Below are positions 63,449 to 64,000 of a DNA stretch of 64,000 nt, in pieces (positions within the stretch are counted from its first letter, which is position 1; each line of letters begins with the position of its first letter). Source of the stretch: an uncultured Actinomycetes bacterium. GTDB lineage: Bacteria > Actinomycetota > Actinomycetes > Streptosporangiales > Streptosporangiaceae. The position numbers were made by a program, and so were the translations under genes. The stretch spans positions 111,464-175,463 of the forward strand of contig CAWEFP010000022.1 in NCBI GenBank assembly GCA_963808295.1. The letters run 5' to 3'. Below the pieces are notes generated by a model. The model saw nothing but the letters and a program-made list of their open reading frames with translations. It ran no database searches and had not been told where the DNA came from.

Positions 63449-64000
63449 TTACGAGGCCCTCGTCGGCTGCCGTGCCACTTTCGTGCCAGATGCGCCGTCG
63501 TCGTCGACCGGTTTCCTGACCTGGCGCATCTGTGCCCGGGCCAGTTTCCCAACCGTGTCGGCCAGCGTGTGCTGTCGTTCGCTGGTCGAGTGCAGGTAGA
63601 TGAGTGCGGCGCGAGTGCTGGTGTGGCCCATGCGCTCCATCAGCTCGCGCAAGTTCGCGCCCGCTTCCGCCGTGAGCGTGTTCCCGGTATGGCGGAGATC
63701 GTGGAAGTGCAGGTCAGGCAGGCCAACCACCTGCACGGCCTTGGTCCAGGCGCGGCGGTAGAAGTTGCTGTGCCGCAGCGGCAGCCCGGCCGGGCTGGTG
63801 AACACGAGCGCGTCGGCCTGGTCCGGGACGAAGCACGCGAGATGCCAGCGCAGGTCGGCCGCGATCACGTCAGGGAACGCCACGCCCCGGATGCCCGCCT
63901 CCGACTTGGGCGGCCCGAAGCCTGGCTTGCCCGCGATCGTCTCGGTGAGCTGCCGGTCGACGCTGACCGTGCAGGCTGTGAGGTCGATATCGCCCCGGCG
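63449..64000 (-). mobile_element. tyrosine-type site-specific integrase (N-terminus beyond the right edge), marking the start of a tRNA-Arg-associated integrative element
   Basis: HFHDLRHTGNTLTAEAGANLRELMERMGHTSTRAALIYLHST carries the R..HxxR..Y catalytic motifs. The frame stays open to position 64000. The stop lies about 50 nt from the tRNA 3' end. Confidence 0.85.

Overview
High-GC (about 70%+) actinobacterial chromosomal segment, Streptomyces- or Streptosporangiales-like (bldD next to pyrR, WhiJ/DUF397 paralog clusters). Most genes are on the minus strand. Order of content: (1) a B12 operon cbiD-cobM-cobI-cobB-cobO-chlD/chlI behind a cobalamin riboswitch (1-7470). (2) A sugar-modification cluster with an SDR epimerase, a GT2 transferase, a GtrA-like protein and a clear SQD1/SqdB-type UDP-sulfoquinovose synthase (7680-11595). 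(3) TetR, MFS, glyA and a nucleoside hydrolase. (4) A lower-GC decayed island (TetR, ABC ATPase, ABC-2 permease and DUF2218 pseudogenes) followed by a WhiJ-like XRE/DUF397/HATPase/SAM-methyltransferase cluster (16985-23618). (5) cobN, a VOC protein and an orphan DUF397. (6) The conserved block metK-coaBC-rpoZ-gmk-mihF-pyrF-pyrD-pyrK-carB-carA-pyrC-pyrB-pyrR, divergent from bldD (29918-46796). (7) Two tandem TAT-signal GH2 glycosidases, ssuD, GNAT, metF, thiE, ohr, HAD, cobQ-cbiB and an APH-like kinase. (8) tRNA-Arg(UCU) followed by a tyrosine integrase at the right edge. Two window-wide anomalies stand out. First, many short GC-rich tandem or hairpin repeat blocks sit inside conserved housekeeping genes (carB, carA, pyrB, cobN, cobB, cbiB, coaBC, a TetR, a DUF397, a GH2 signal region) and between operon genes. 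At least one hairpin motif is shared between the carB insertion and an intergenic array 14 kb away. Second, single-nucleotide frame breaks are unusually dense in otherwise well-conserved, often essential genes. This could be consensus indel error or real decay, and the sequence alone cannot decide. Coordinates I derived by hand (alternative starts, repeats, hairpins) may be off by 1-3 nt.
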